Shown piece after piece: positions 12,225 through 23,759 of a stretch of DNA of 64,000 bases (its first letter is position 1; every line of letters begins with the position of its first letter). The DNA comes from Octopus sinensis. Taxonomy: Eukaryota. Under the pieces are notes generated by a model that did no database searches, had not been told where the DNA came from, and worked only from the letters and a program-made list of their open reading frames with translations. The stretch spans positions 62,001-126,000 of the forward strand of contig NW_021832381.1 of NCBI RefSeq assembly GCF_006345805.1. The letters are read 5' to 3'. The translations under genes were made by a program, and so were the position numbers.

Positions 12225-13585
12225 GTCCTCGACTTACATGATGAGGTCCTTAAAACCTTCCCCCCAAAAAAATTAAAAAAAAATTTTCTGCATTTTGGTT
12301 AAAATGAACAACTACAATGTCCTCGACTTACATGATGAAGTCCTTAAAACATTCCCCCCAAAAAAATTAAAAAAAAATTTTCTGCATTTTGGTTAAAATC
12401 AACAACTACAATGTCCTCGACTTACATGATGAAGTCCTTAAAACCTTCCCCCCAAAAAAAATTAAAAAAAAATTTTCTGCATTTTGGTTAAAATGAACAA
12501 CTACAATGTCCTCGACTTACATGATGAAGTCCTTAAAACCTTCCCCCCAAAAAAATTTAAAAAAATTTTCTGCATTTTGGTTAAAATGAACAACTACAAT
12601 GTCCTCGACTTACATGATGAAGTCCTTAAAACCTTCCCCCCCAAAAAAAATTAAAAAAAAATTTTCTGCATTTTGGTTAAAATGAACAACTACAATGTCC
12701 TCGACTTACATGATGAAGTCCTTAAAACCTTCCCCCCAAAAAAAATTAAAAAAAATTTTCTGCATTTTGGTTAAAATGAACAACTACAGTGTCCTCGACT
12801 TACATGATGAAGTCCTTAAAACCTTCCCCCCAAAAAAAATTAAAAAAAAAATTTCTGCATTTTGGTTAAAATGAACAACTACAATGTCCTCGACTTACAT
12901 GATGAAGTCCTTAAAACCTTCCCCCCAAAAAAAATTAAAAAAAAATTTTCTGCATTTTGGTTAAAATGAACAACTACAATGTCCTCGACTTACATGATGA
13001 AGTTTTTAAAACCTTCCCCCCCAAAAAAAATTAAAAAAAAATTTTCTGCATTTTGGTTAAAATGAACAACTACAATGTCCTCGACTTACATGATGAAGTC
13101 CTTAAAACCTCCCCCCCAAAAAAATTAAAAAAAAATTTTCTGCATTTTGGTTAAAATGAACAACTACAATGTCCTCGACTTACATGATGAAGTCCTTAAA
13201 ACCTTCCCCCCCAAAAAAAATTAAAAAAAAATTTTCTGCATTTTGGTTAAAATGAACAACTACAATGTCCTCGACTTACATGATGAAGTCCTTAAAACCT
13301 TCCCCCCCAAAAAAATTAAAAAAAAATTTTCTGCATTTTGGTTAAAATGAACAACTACAATGTCCTCGACTTACATGATGAAGTCCTTAAAACCTTCCCC
13401 CCAAAAAAATTAAAAAAAAATTTTCTGCATTTTGGTTAAAATGAACAACTACAATGTCCTCGACTTACATGATGAAGTCCTTAAAACCTTCCCCCCAAAA
13501 AATCAAAAAATTATTTTCTGCATTTTGATTAAAATGAACAACGCGAATGTCCTCGACATTCATGATGAGGTCCATTAAACCTTCA
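12225..13585 (+). repeat. About 94-bp minisatellite, 14 units plus a degenerate partial unit
   Basis: GTCCTCGAC recurs at 12225, 12319, 12413, 12508, 12601, 12697, 12791, 12886, 12981, 13077, 13171, 13267, 13362, 13456 and 13549. Unit length varies only in the C/A/T homopolymers. Confidence 0.97.
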
Positions 13586-15290
13586 AGGCAAAAATCTCAC
13601 GTATTAAGAATATCCTTGATGAAAACGACAGCGAGAATATTAACAATGATGAACTCCCAATTATTCGCGATAAAGAAATTCAATTCATCCTATGTTTTTC
13701 TTTTTAAATTAAATGCATATATCATTATCGACCATGAATCAAAATTAAAGCTATTATCATATTTGACTTTGACAGAATGTGCAATCACAGATTGCACGAC
13801 TTTGAATAGAGTGTGCAATTAACAGATTTTGAAAAACCACTTTGATAGTTGAAACCACATTAGCACAATCATTAACACAATTTACCACCAATTGACGCAC
13901 GACCTTGAATAGAGTGTGCAATTAACAGATTTTGAAAAACACTTTGATAGTTGAAACCACATTAGCACAACCATTAACACAATTTACCACCAATTGACAG
14001 CGCAATCAGAAGAATTTGCGTAAAAATATTAACTATTTACTTGAGTTTTTCGTAAAGATAGAATTTATTTTCGGTATGCCTCTTTTCCTAAACTTTTTTA
14101 TTATTCAAAATAATTTTTTAAATAGATAACCGAAGGAGGAAAAACGAAGCTGAAGAAAAAACGGTCAGCTTAATAAGGTAATTAATTAAATCTTTTTTGT
14201 GTGTCGCTTTCTTGCCTGCCGCATCTCCCCCTGCCCCATTTCCGCCAGTAAAAAACAAAAAAATAAAAAAAGAAAAAAAAGGAAATTACAAAGGAAAAAT
14301 GAAAAAATTAAATATAAAAAAAAATAGACCACAAAAAATGAAAAAAAAAGTTTGCAATGACAATAAACAAGGCCCAAGGACAGTCATTAAAGGTAGTTGG
14401 GTTATTTTTAGAGAGTGAGTGCTTTTCACATGGACAGCTGTATGTGGGATGCTCGAGGGTAGGCAGAAGAGAAAATTTATTCATATATGCCAAGGAAGGA
14501 CGGACGACAAACATCGTTTATCAACAGGCGATAGAATAGGGTTACATTAAACCAGGTAGTTTTATACATCTACATAAACTTATAGTTGTTTGATGAAACA
14601 GGCCCTCCGCAGGAGCTAGGTCGCGGTGAGCGAAGCGAGCTGCTGAGCTAGTAAGCCTATAAAGATTTATCTACATCCGACTGTTTTAAATACTTTTGTG
14701 GTATTTGGTGATCATTCTATCCCATGTCATAACTCACGGAATGACATGGACTTTAAGCTGGTGTATCAGTCATAGCTCGTTTGGAAGAAGGTCATAGTTC
14801 TTCCGCTTCTCCACTTCCACAGTCTTCAAACGATCTAGGTACATGATGCATACTTTCACGATAACGATCGCCTCGGCAACTTTATCGTAGACCACCTTAA
14901 TGCACACGTTTGAATTCTCACGCACCGATTGAATTCGATGAGTTTGCAACTTTCTGGACTGCGTCAAGTCATACTTATTGCATAACAAAAGATGAAGAGA
15001 CCTCGCCACCTCGTTATGGCTCCATTCATAATTATGGTAAAGCATACTCCCACACTTCGTGGCTAAATGGTCAACGGTCATCTCTACAGTGGTTACACTG
15101 TATTCTGTTGACCATTAAAAACGTTTCTATCCTGCAAATATGAGAATAATTGTTTTGATCGGGGAGAGTTATTTTCATATTTCAGTCACGTTGATGACGA
15201 CAATACGTCAATGTGCGGGCTGTCTAGGCTGCTGAAGATGTCTTGTAAAGAACTCTTAAGTTGATCTTTTTTATTAGCTATTACCTTTGA

Positions 15291-17107
15291 GAACAACGAT
15301 TAAACCTACACTGTCGCTTGTGGCGAAAGTTTGGAAGCAACAATTATCATTAGGGCAATTTAAGTGCTAAAATGCTATTTTACTTTTTATATTTTTTTAA
15401 TATAAAATTGAATTTGGAATAATTATTTTTTAATTTTGTTAAAAAAAAACATACATTATAAATGCTATAAATGCTATTTGTAATTTTAAATGCTAATTTT
15501 TTTTTTAATGCTAATTTAAATTGCATTTAAAATTTTTTAATGCCACCCATATTAAATAAAATAATTTAACACGCTATATAGTATTTGAGTGATGCCAAAC
15601 CCAAGTGTTGTTGCTTAAGAAAGCCAAGCGTATAGTCTCAGAATTCAAAGATGAGTTTTTACTTTTGATAAGTTTTCCTATTGAGCTAACACGCGCGTTG
15701 TTGTTGTGGTGCACTTTTTCTATTCATTTGTTCATTTGCTATTTGTTATTCAATTCAATAATTCTCTCTCTTTTTCCATTTCTTTTTGTCATCCATTTTT
15801 TCATTGTTTTTATCTTGCTCTCTTTTTATGTCTTTCTGTTTCCAACCCACTTCTGTTCTATGCTCTACTTGCGAAGTTAGTAACAAACGCAAGAAAGGGA
15901 AAGTCTGTTCTAGTTGCGACAGATTCTCCACCTTCTTGCGTGCGTCTTTCTAGGCGCGTTTCTGCCTCTCTCTTAATTTGGGACTGTCCTTCCTGCCGCA
16001 CTTGCCAGCCGGTTTAGTGTTCCAGCCCGCAAGAATTCCCCGAAAAAGTGCCATTCGCAACATCCCCGTCTGCCGAGGAAGTTCTCAAATCTATCAAGCT
16101 CTTCTGCCGTCTCCGGAAAATCCCATTCAGAATCCCAAAAGCTGCGCGTATCTTTGCAGCCTCCTCCTTGTTCACCGCAATCGATAATGCTTGGCATCTG
16201 ATGGCCATTCCGATTGGCTTAAGCTGTTTTGCTTCGCCTCTTTCGTCTCGGTTTTATTATTCCTTCCCTCTCGGCCATTGGCCTTTCTATAAACGACAAC
16301 AAATCCGAAGTGGTGAACATCAATCTTAACCCAAATTCATTCACTGAAGACGTCGTAATTTGTTCAAGGATGTTGGATACCCACCTGATATCGTAATTAC
16401 TAGGTATTCTTTTTCTTAATTTATGCAGATGGGGAAGTTGGTTTAAAGCAGCGAAATATTATTTTACGAATTTTGAAAAAATTTGTGAAATTGTTAACGC
16501 ATTTCAGTCAGATGGAGTTTTAGTATCAAATGCTAAACATCATGTAAATAATCCCGATATTAAGTTGAAATTAACGGAGATAAAATTTAAATGTTATTTT
16601 TATTATTTTGGCGCCTGGGGATCATATCGAACACAGAGAGAGGATGCGTAGTCTGATTGGGAATGTCGGGGTCACCTAATTAATCTTGTTTTCTGGCCTG
16701 ACGGTGCTCTTGGTTTTTAAATAAATAAATTTTTATTATTTTAAGTTATAGATTTTACAATTTTAAATGCTAGATTTGATCATTTTAAGTGCTAATTTTT
16801 TAAATTATAAATGCTAGATTTAGCGCAAAAAATTTTTTTTTAAGTGCTAGAACAAAATTGCCCTAATTATCATATTTGGGGCACGTGCTTCGGGAGAATG
16901 GTATAGGAAAAGAAATCCTGCTGTCTTCGTTCGTTGGAAAAAGGAAGCATGGTAGACCGAAACTAAACTGGACATCTGAAGTAGTGAAACTTACCGGACA
17001 TCATTTGTCGGAAATAGCAGAGCTGGTGGGGGATAGAGTTTCGTGGAGGGACTTGTCTTACAGAATCGCCAATGGCCGGAATCGGCTGAATATGGCTTAA
17101 CTTAACT
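15291..17107 (+). mobile_element. 5'-truncated RTE LINE fragment, split by a hAT element
   Basis: 12-bp TSD TATTACCTTTGA (15279-15290, 17108-17119) and a (CTTAA)n tail. Removing the hAT and one TSD copy restores KPTLSLVAKVWKQQLSYLGHVLRENG..GKRKHGRP. Confidence 0.88.
15351..16865. mobile_element. Non-autonomous hAT DNA transposon
   Basis: Perfect 11-bp TIR TAGGGCAATTT, 8-bp TSD ATTATCAT (15343-15350, 16866-16873) and repeated subterminal AAATGCTA; no transposase. Confidence 0.92.
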
Positions 17108-17311
17108 TATTACCTTTGAAGTTTGATCAACTCCCTCACATTAAATTGGGTAGTCACCCAGACCATATTTAGCGGACACGTAGCCTTTTCTAGTTCCAAG
17201 GTGTATACAGCGCGCTTTTTCAACAGCATACACTCGACCCATTCCACAATGTGTCGTGCATCTTAGCAAGAAGTCACTCACTTAAGTGTATGATGTTACT
17301 CAGTCCACGTC

Positions 17312-18060
17312 CTAGCTGCCCGCTAGATAAGTATAATCTCTCCAATACGTTGTCGGAAAAGACAACAAATTTAATGCATTTCCGCTTACGGAACAATAAA
17401 AATAACCCATTTCGCACCAAAATCTTGACAACGAATTTTTAGCATTCGAATTATTGACCATATCAATAAAAGCCTCTTGAATATTTTCATCGACTAAACG
17501 TGGATCAAGATCAAACAGTGTACAAATTAATTTCAAATCAATATTGCCCAGTTCTGGAAAGTATTTACTTACTTCTTTCTGAAAATATGTTAAATGTGCA
17601 TAAATAAGGTCAATTATTTTTTTGGTTTCAAATGCATCTATTTTTGCACTCTTCTTCAAAAGATTCAAGCATAGTAAAATCATTCAGTTTAACTTTTTCT
17701 TTTCACAGTTGTAACTTCATAACAAATACACTAATTTTTAACATTAAACAGTTAAAAAACTTAGTTCAATCCACAAAATCAACTATAGTTTCACGTCTCC
17801 CCTGAAGGGATTTGTTAAGTGAATTTATACAAGAAAAAAACATCTCAAGTAGACAAGCTATGAGATATCCATCAATTTCTAAATAAATTCTAATGATTTG
17901 GGATTGTTTGGGATTAAAATATTCAGATAATTCATTTTTCAAAAAAAACTTTGGCAAGGATGTTTCCTCAAATAGTCATCTCACTTTAGTGTGGAATAGC
18001 AGTTTTTCTTTCCCTGTCAAATTCTTCGCAAATTAGTCTGAAAATGTGAGAATGTAATGC
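17312..18060 (-). pseudogene. hAT (Buster/FAM200-like) transposase fragment
   Basis: LLFHTKVR*, SLNKSLQG, SKYFPE, FWCEM and LLSFPTTY; stops and frameshifts. Confidence 0.75.
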
Positions 18061-18129
18061 ACTCTTTTTAATATAATTCACGTTATGTACGTTTTACGTT
18101 TCACGAAGGAATTATTGAATATTAAAATA

Positions 18130-18790
18130 TATTGAATAACGATAAAGGCACATGATACCAACCTTTACAATAACAATCTCTCTAGTGACTTTGTCGTGGA
18201 CCACAATGTCTGGTTTGTTGTGCTGGACAACAATCAAGGTGCTTACTGGAGTATCCAGCTTTATGCCCAACCTCGAGTTCTCACACCGATTAGACTTGGT
18301 GGGTTCGAAACTTCCTGGACCGCCTCAAGTTATGGGAGATAGAGGGATTTCACTATATCGTTATGTCTGCATATGTAATCATGGTAAAGCATTTTCCCCC
18401 ACTTTGTGGGTAAATGGTCAGCGGTCATCGCCTTACTCTTACAGTAGCTATACTGTTTTTGTTGACCATTAAAAAATTTCTATTTTGTAAATATCGGGAG
18501 AGTTATTTCACTGTTTTAGTCACGTGATGACGAGGATACGTATGCGCGGATTATCCAGACTGCCAATGAGAGTCTTGTGAAGGACTTTTGAGTTTATCTT
18601 TTTAACTAGGGATTCCCTTTAAAGTTTGATCAACTCCTTCACATCAATTTGGGTAGCATATAAATCATAGTTAAGCAACACATAACTTTTTATGATCCAT
18701 AGGTGTGCACCATGCGCTTTTTCAACAACAAAAATGGCACCTTTCTTCCCAAACTGCACGATGTCATTGATTTCGCTGGGGTCAAATTCT
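18130..18790 (-). mobile_element. R4/Dong-like non-LTR fragment, second copy
   Basis: Nucleotide similarity to 14900-15290 and 17120-17250; provides the empty-site state for the RTE insertion. Confidence 0.7.
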
Positions 18791-19376
18791 ATGTTAGTTT
18801 GCTTTTACAATGGTTTATGTTTTATGAAAAATTCTGTCTTTTGACCTTTTTCTGTTCAGAGGGTATATGCTTTTCATCAGTTTTTTTCTCCTAAATGATA
18901 GCAGGTTCACATTTACATACTAATGATAGCAGGTTCACATTTGCAGTTTGAGTTGGAGATCAGCCACAATAAAATGAAAAGGTGACTATTATAAATTGAT
19001 AAATTTTGTCAGCGTGCTGTTCCTTTTAAACATTTTTCTAGGTGACAATGAACTCTCCTAATACTGGCACGTGTTACTAGATTTTTGGCAACGAGAAAAA
19101 TGCTTTCGGACATTTTAGCCACTCAAAAATATTAAAAACCACGTGTCAATTCAAAAGAAAACTAATGCTGTTTACTCGAATTTTAAAATGGCATAGTTTG
19201 CCTATTGAATGTTTAAATCTATTTCGGACATAACACTGAAACTCGAACGTTTATTTCCCTATTCTTATAATAGCTTAAGTACAACTTACCAACAAAAATC
19301 GATTAATTTAAAATAGCAGCCATCAATAAGAATTTACTTGAAAAATAGTTTTTGTTTCAATGTATAATATTAAAAA

Positions 19377-22300
19377 TCATGTTAGAAATTCAATGGCAAC
19401 GTCTAGCAACTCATCAAACTGAAAGAAGGAAGTATTAAAGTATTCTGAAAGCATATTGCAACCAAGAAGATGTTCAATTACATCACAGCAGCTCACTTTC
19501 CAATCATTTTGAGAATCAGATATAAACGATTTTTTTAAAATGAGCATAATTACATTCTGAAGTTCCAATTGACATGCATCCTCTATTGGACTTTCAGCAA
19601 TAAGGTCCATCAAACTGTTCATCATTGCATTTAATTGGTTCTAAAATTAAAAAATGGTAAGACTTGGTTGATTTCTTTAATAATAGTGTCATCTCGCAAT
19701 CGGTTCCACAACTTGAAGTCCTCTCTAGTTGCGTTGTCTAAATATAAGTATAAATATACCTAATTCTGTATAGTCTCTTTCAGAAAGTTCCCCAGATTTA
19801 TTAAAAGGTGCAAAGATGAGATGTACCTGATACAAAAGAACTAATTTATCATTCAATGATTCTCCATATATAATATTTAGACACATAACAAAATCCACAA
19901 AAGAAACATAGTTATTCTCAGATATCAATGAAAACAGAAAGAAACACAATGATTCAGGCGACTTTCCTTTATACCAAACTGAGAGACGATAAGATAAATT
20001 TTGAAATGAAAGATAGTCTAGACGAAACACATCTTCAGGATAGCTTAGAATTGAGTTGAGGTCACATTGATCTATTCCACAGCAAGTGTATGACTGCATT
20101 TTTAGCGTTTCGTGTTTGAACAAAATTAATATTTTTGACAAGATATTTTCAGGCATTTTCTGATATGGAACGTACAGCGTGTTTTGTAGCAAATTTTGAT
20201 GGTTTGCTTTATAATTTTCCTTAAATGTTAAAAGTTTGTCTTACAATCATCATTTGTCGTGAATATTTAGCACGAAGAAAAATTATGAGGTCCATAGAAA
20301 CAGATCTATAATTCACAAAAGCTGATTCTAGAAATCTACGTATTGACATCGACTAAATAATTAAAAACATTGGTTACATTAAAGTTTGTATCATATGTTG
20401 AAATTGTTCCAATGTACAAAGACACAATAGAAAACATTTCAGGGATCTCAGTAGCATTAGCAAGATCATGTGCACAACTTTTATAAATCTGAAGAGCCAC
20501 ACGGAATAATATCTATTTAATAATTACTTAACACTCACTAGTGGGCCGTCCAGGCAAAAATAATAATCTAAGATCAAAGCTGCCAATTTTGGAGGAAAAA
20601 CGCTTAAAAAAAGTGTAAGGAACCAAGACAAAGATATTGCAACAATTGTAGTTGTACAACCAAAATTTTCTAATTCTGGAATATGTGAGTAAATTAAATC
20701 CTTTAGAACCTCTAGATATGAAACATTCAAAAATAACCACAATCAACGACAGCGCCCCTGACATTTTCGCTATAATATTCGTTTAGGCCATAAAACTCAC
20801 ATAACTGCACAAATAGCCAAAAAGCACTCTCCTCGCTACAGTAAATCAAAAGCATAGCCGCAAGAGAGTTCATAGACTGACAGTAGCCAATAGACGGGTT
20901 GTGGTAGGCATATGCCAACAAAATTCTTCTCAGCGATTGGATTCCAGGACCGTCCGCTGAAAATATGTGAAACTCGGGCAGAGTCCTAGAAATAACTAAC
21001 GTAATCAACAATTAGCCTTATTAAATCTTTCTCAATTTCTTCGACTACATACGAGGAGACATGCTGTTTAGCTCTGTCGACAGCCATTCGGTAATATCCA
21101 TTGCTGACAGCAAATCTGTTGACAGCCCCGGAATAGACCATCCAAACATTTTCTCTGTGAATGTCAGGAACTCCGTCAAGTGCCATATTACGTGTTTCTG
21201 GCAGAATGTACAGGTAATTATGACATCTAAGCAATATTAATAATATATGACAATTTATTTTTTGAAAGATGATCAGACCAACTTAAAACGTAGAAATGAC
21301 AGAATAATTGATTAGTAAGTTCGCGATTAGACATTATGTGCGTTGTCTCAGTATCGAAAAATCTGTAGTATTTTCCTTCTAAATCTTGAAGGAATCCTTT
21401 GTTGGAATCAACTTTTATCGTAATGTCGTCACTGAGGTTCAGAAATGACATGATATGATCACTTTCAAGCCAAAAATGTAGTTCAAGCTAACAATATTTA
21501 CAATCATGAAGAACCGTATCATTCTTGTATGTCAAAGTGAAAAAATTATTTCCTTTATAGATAACCCGTTTAATAATTTTAGTAGGTATGACAAAAGTGA
21601 CTTCTGATTCCTATATAAAATTAAAAAAAATTCTAAAATAGTACGTTTCCATCAAATATCAAAAAATTTTCTGTAACCAACAACTCGCCTCTAAGGTCCT
21701 TACTGATACAGCAGTTAGTCTTAGATAGCAGCTCTTCATCATCTGGTAAATGTAAAGACCGCCTGTCAACTATCCATTTTATAATTACCTATTTTCCTGC
21801 CAATAAAACAGGGAATTAAGTCCTTCTTCTGATATGGTATTTTCTCCGCTGAAAATCAAAATCTTACAAATCTTACCATTTTAACATAAAATATGCAATA
21901 TCCCGAAAATCGCGTCGATCAGTAAGGATAGAAAAACGGTACTGCCGATAATATTCAGAAATGTTACAGTTTGTCTATTGAACTCAAAAGAGATAACATA
22001 AGGAAGTTTTTTATCCATAACGAATTGAACATTCTAATAAATTGAATACTATTTTGATTACATTAATTGCAATCCAAGGAATAAAAATCTGGAAATGTTC
22101 GTCATCTGAAATATATCCAAACGACGTCAGCATAAGATATGCTGTTCCTCCAATGGGCATGCATTTGTCCCATAATAAGGCTGAATGGCCTAATTATTAT
22201 TTATAGTATTTTTAAAATACTTCGTATAACATAGTCCAAATCTTTTTTCCGGTATACCGTGCTTGCTAAAAATAAAACAATAATTTAAATTATATTTTTT

Positions 22301-22395
22301 AAATAAAAATGGAAATTTAATTAATGGCATTATGTCCAATTAATAAAAATAAAATTAATAAGCACCATACATCGTGAAGGTTCTAGATGGACCAT
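19377..22395 (-). CDS. TBC1D9: GRAM-TBC-EF-hand Rab GAP (TBC1D8/TBC1D9 family)
   Basis: Two GRAM-like segments; TBC motifs GVPDIHRENVW, EIEKDLIRTLPE, LRRILLAYAYHNPSIGYCQSMN, EESAFW and SLSWFLTLF; an EF-hand-like region. Many 22-34 nt introns, one GC-AG. The 5' end is less certain. Confidence 0.88.
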
Positions 22396-22918
22396 ATTTT
22401 TAAGTTTGTTAAAAATAAATTGGAATAATTTTGTGTGGTCGGAAATTGTTACTAAAAAGTACTTAAATTAAAAAATGACTCATTTCACGACAAATGCTGT
22501 TTTCTAACCACAACAAAGATTCGACAGTTTTTAACTCGCAATTCTCTTTACAGATTACAAGAAATAGGCACAATAAAGCAAACCATAAAAGGATTCTCCG
22601 ATTTTTATTAAAATTCTGTATTCTGGATGTCTATACGACATGAATAAGCTGTTTTTGTAACACTTTCTATGAATTAGACTTATTTTCAAGTTTTTTTCAA
22701 CTGCGACAAAAGAATTTATAACTACAGTAGCCCTTAGAAATAACAAAGATTCCGTAAATACCAGTTTTTTGAGTTATAAACAGGCACAGGATATATCCAC
22801 ATTCTTAATTAACTTTAAAAATTTGCATAGAAGAATATTATTTAATATTTAAAATAATAAGCTTTTTGAACTGATAATTTTTAATAATTAATAGTTTAAC
22901 TTATTGACTTATCTTGTT

Positions 22919-23637
22919 ATGTCTTCTCGTTGGAGTTTGGAATGGATGTGCATTACTGGTCTACTCTACACTGAAATGATTATAGTTTTTCTACAATTAT
23001 CTCACTTAATATCCGCTGCTAGGTTAGTATTTGTTACCACTCAATTTAGATGGAGAAAAATAGTAAAGAGTAAAATAGTCCAAAAACCACTGAGTTATCT
23101 GCAATATTATATGTCAATAATTTTTTTCATCTTATTGATTCTTATGACCGGTATTTTTATTTCATAATTCTCTGACTCGATTTTTCAAATTGCCAGAAAC
23201 AGCAAAGAAAACAATAAAACTTCCCTGGTTGCTAATGCAATAGGGCAAATGAAATTATTTCGTGCTCAACGAAATCTCTATATTTTGTTCTTCTCAATGT
23301 TTCTTCTTTGGTTGTCATTTGATTGTGATGTTTTTTTAGGGTCATCTGCCGACTTTCTAGCATTCTTTCTCAATACACTACCATGTCAATCAATCATGAA
23401 GCTCTCATAAATCAAGCTAAGAATGCATCAGAATTCGCTGCTAATCTGTTGTGTGACGAGGCAGATAAAGAAAATAGATCGGGCAATGAGTTGGAGATTA
23501 TTAATGAAGGCTTGGAGATATTTTATTTTATGTTAGAGAGGAGAGCTAAAAAGATTGAATTTGATGATTTAAGAGCACAGTGCGACGTTTTGACTGAGGA
23601 ATATGCATTGCTTAAGGAAGAATTAAAGGTACTCTGA
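22919..23637 (+). CDS. BCAP31: B-cell receptor-associated protein 31/29 homolog
   Basis: SLEW..LLYTEM, RWRKI and MKLFRAQRNLYI, followed by a coiled-coil tail. Needs a non-canonical intron at 23151-23174; the exact 3' end is uncertain. Confidence 0.85.
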
Positions 23638-23759
23638 AGAATCGAAAATTCTGCAACTTGGTATAACAAGATTAGTTAAGTTTTATTTAGTTTGTTTAAT
23701 GCGGTTTCATTAATCATTTCTTTCTGACCGATATTTTTTATTCATATTCTAATAGCTCT

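Larger units (their letters stand above)
12107..14651 (+). mobile_element. Non-autonomous Helitron, copy 1
   Basis: 5' TC (TCTTAATAATAAAATGG), 3' CTAG, inserted between A and T with no TSD. Carries a PIF1-type helicase C-terminus ([22 protein letters not shown], 14357-14539). Near-identical inverted sister at 46591-48967. Confidence 0.92.
14690..17265 (-). mobile_element. R4/Dong-like non-LTR fragment (REL endonuclease) hosting nested RTE and hAT insertions
   Basis: TVDHLATKCGSMLYHNY..HNEVAR..VEVEKRKNYDLLPNEL. Segments 14690-15290 and 17108-17265 are colinear with the uninterrupted copy at 18130-18790. Confidence 0.75.

Noticed and set aside
12225-13585. CRISPR-like array
   Set aside because: The units are contiguous near-identical repeats with no unique spacers, inside a Helitron in eukaryotic DNA, and there are no cas genes.
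14186-14418. Lys-rich and Phe-rich ORFs
   Set aside because: Products of low-complexity A/T sequence inside the Helitron.
18894-18942. 21-bp direct repeat
   Set aside because: A simple local duplication with no associated structure.
22555-22746. 63-aa ORF between TBC1D9 and BCAP31
   Set aside because: No ATG start, no motif and no consistent splice pattern.
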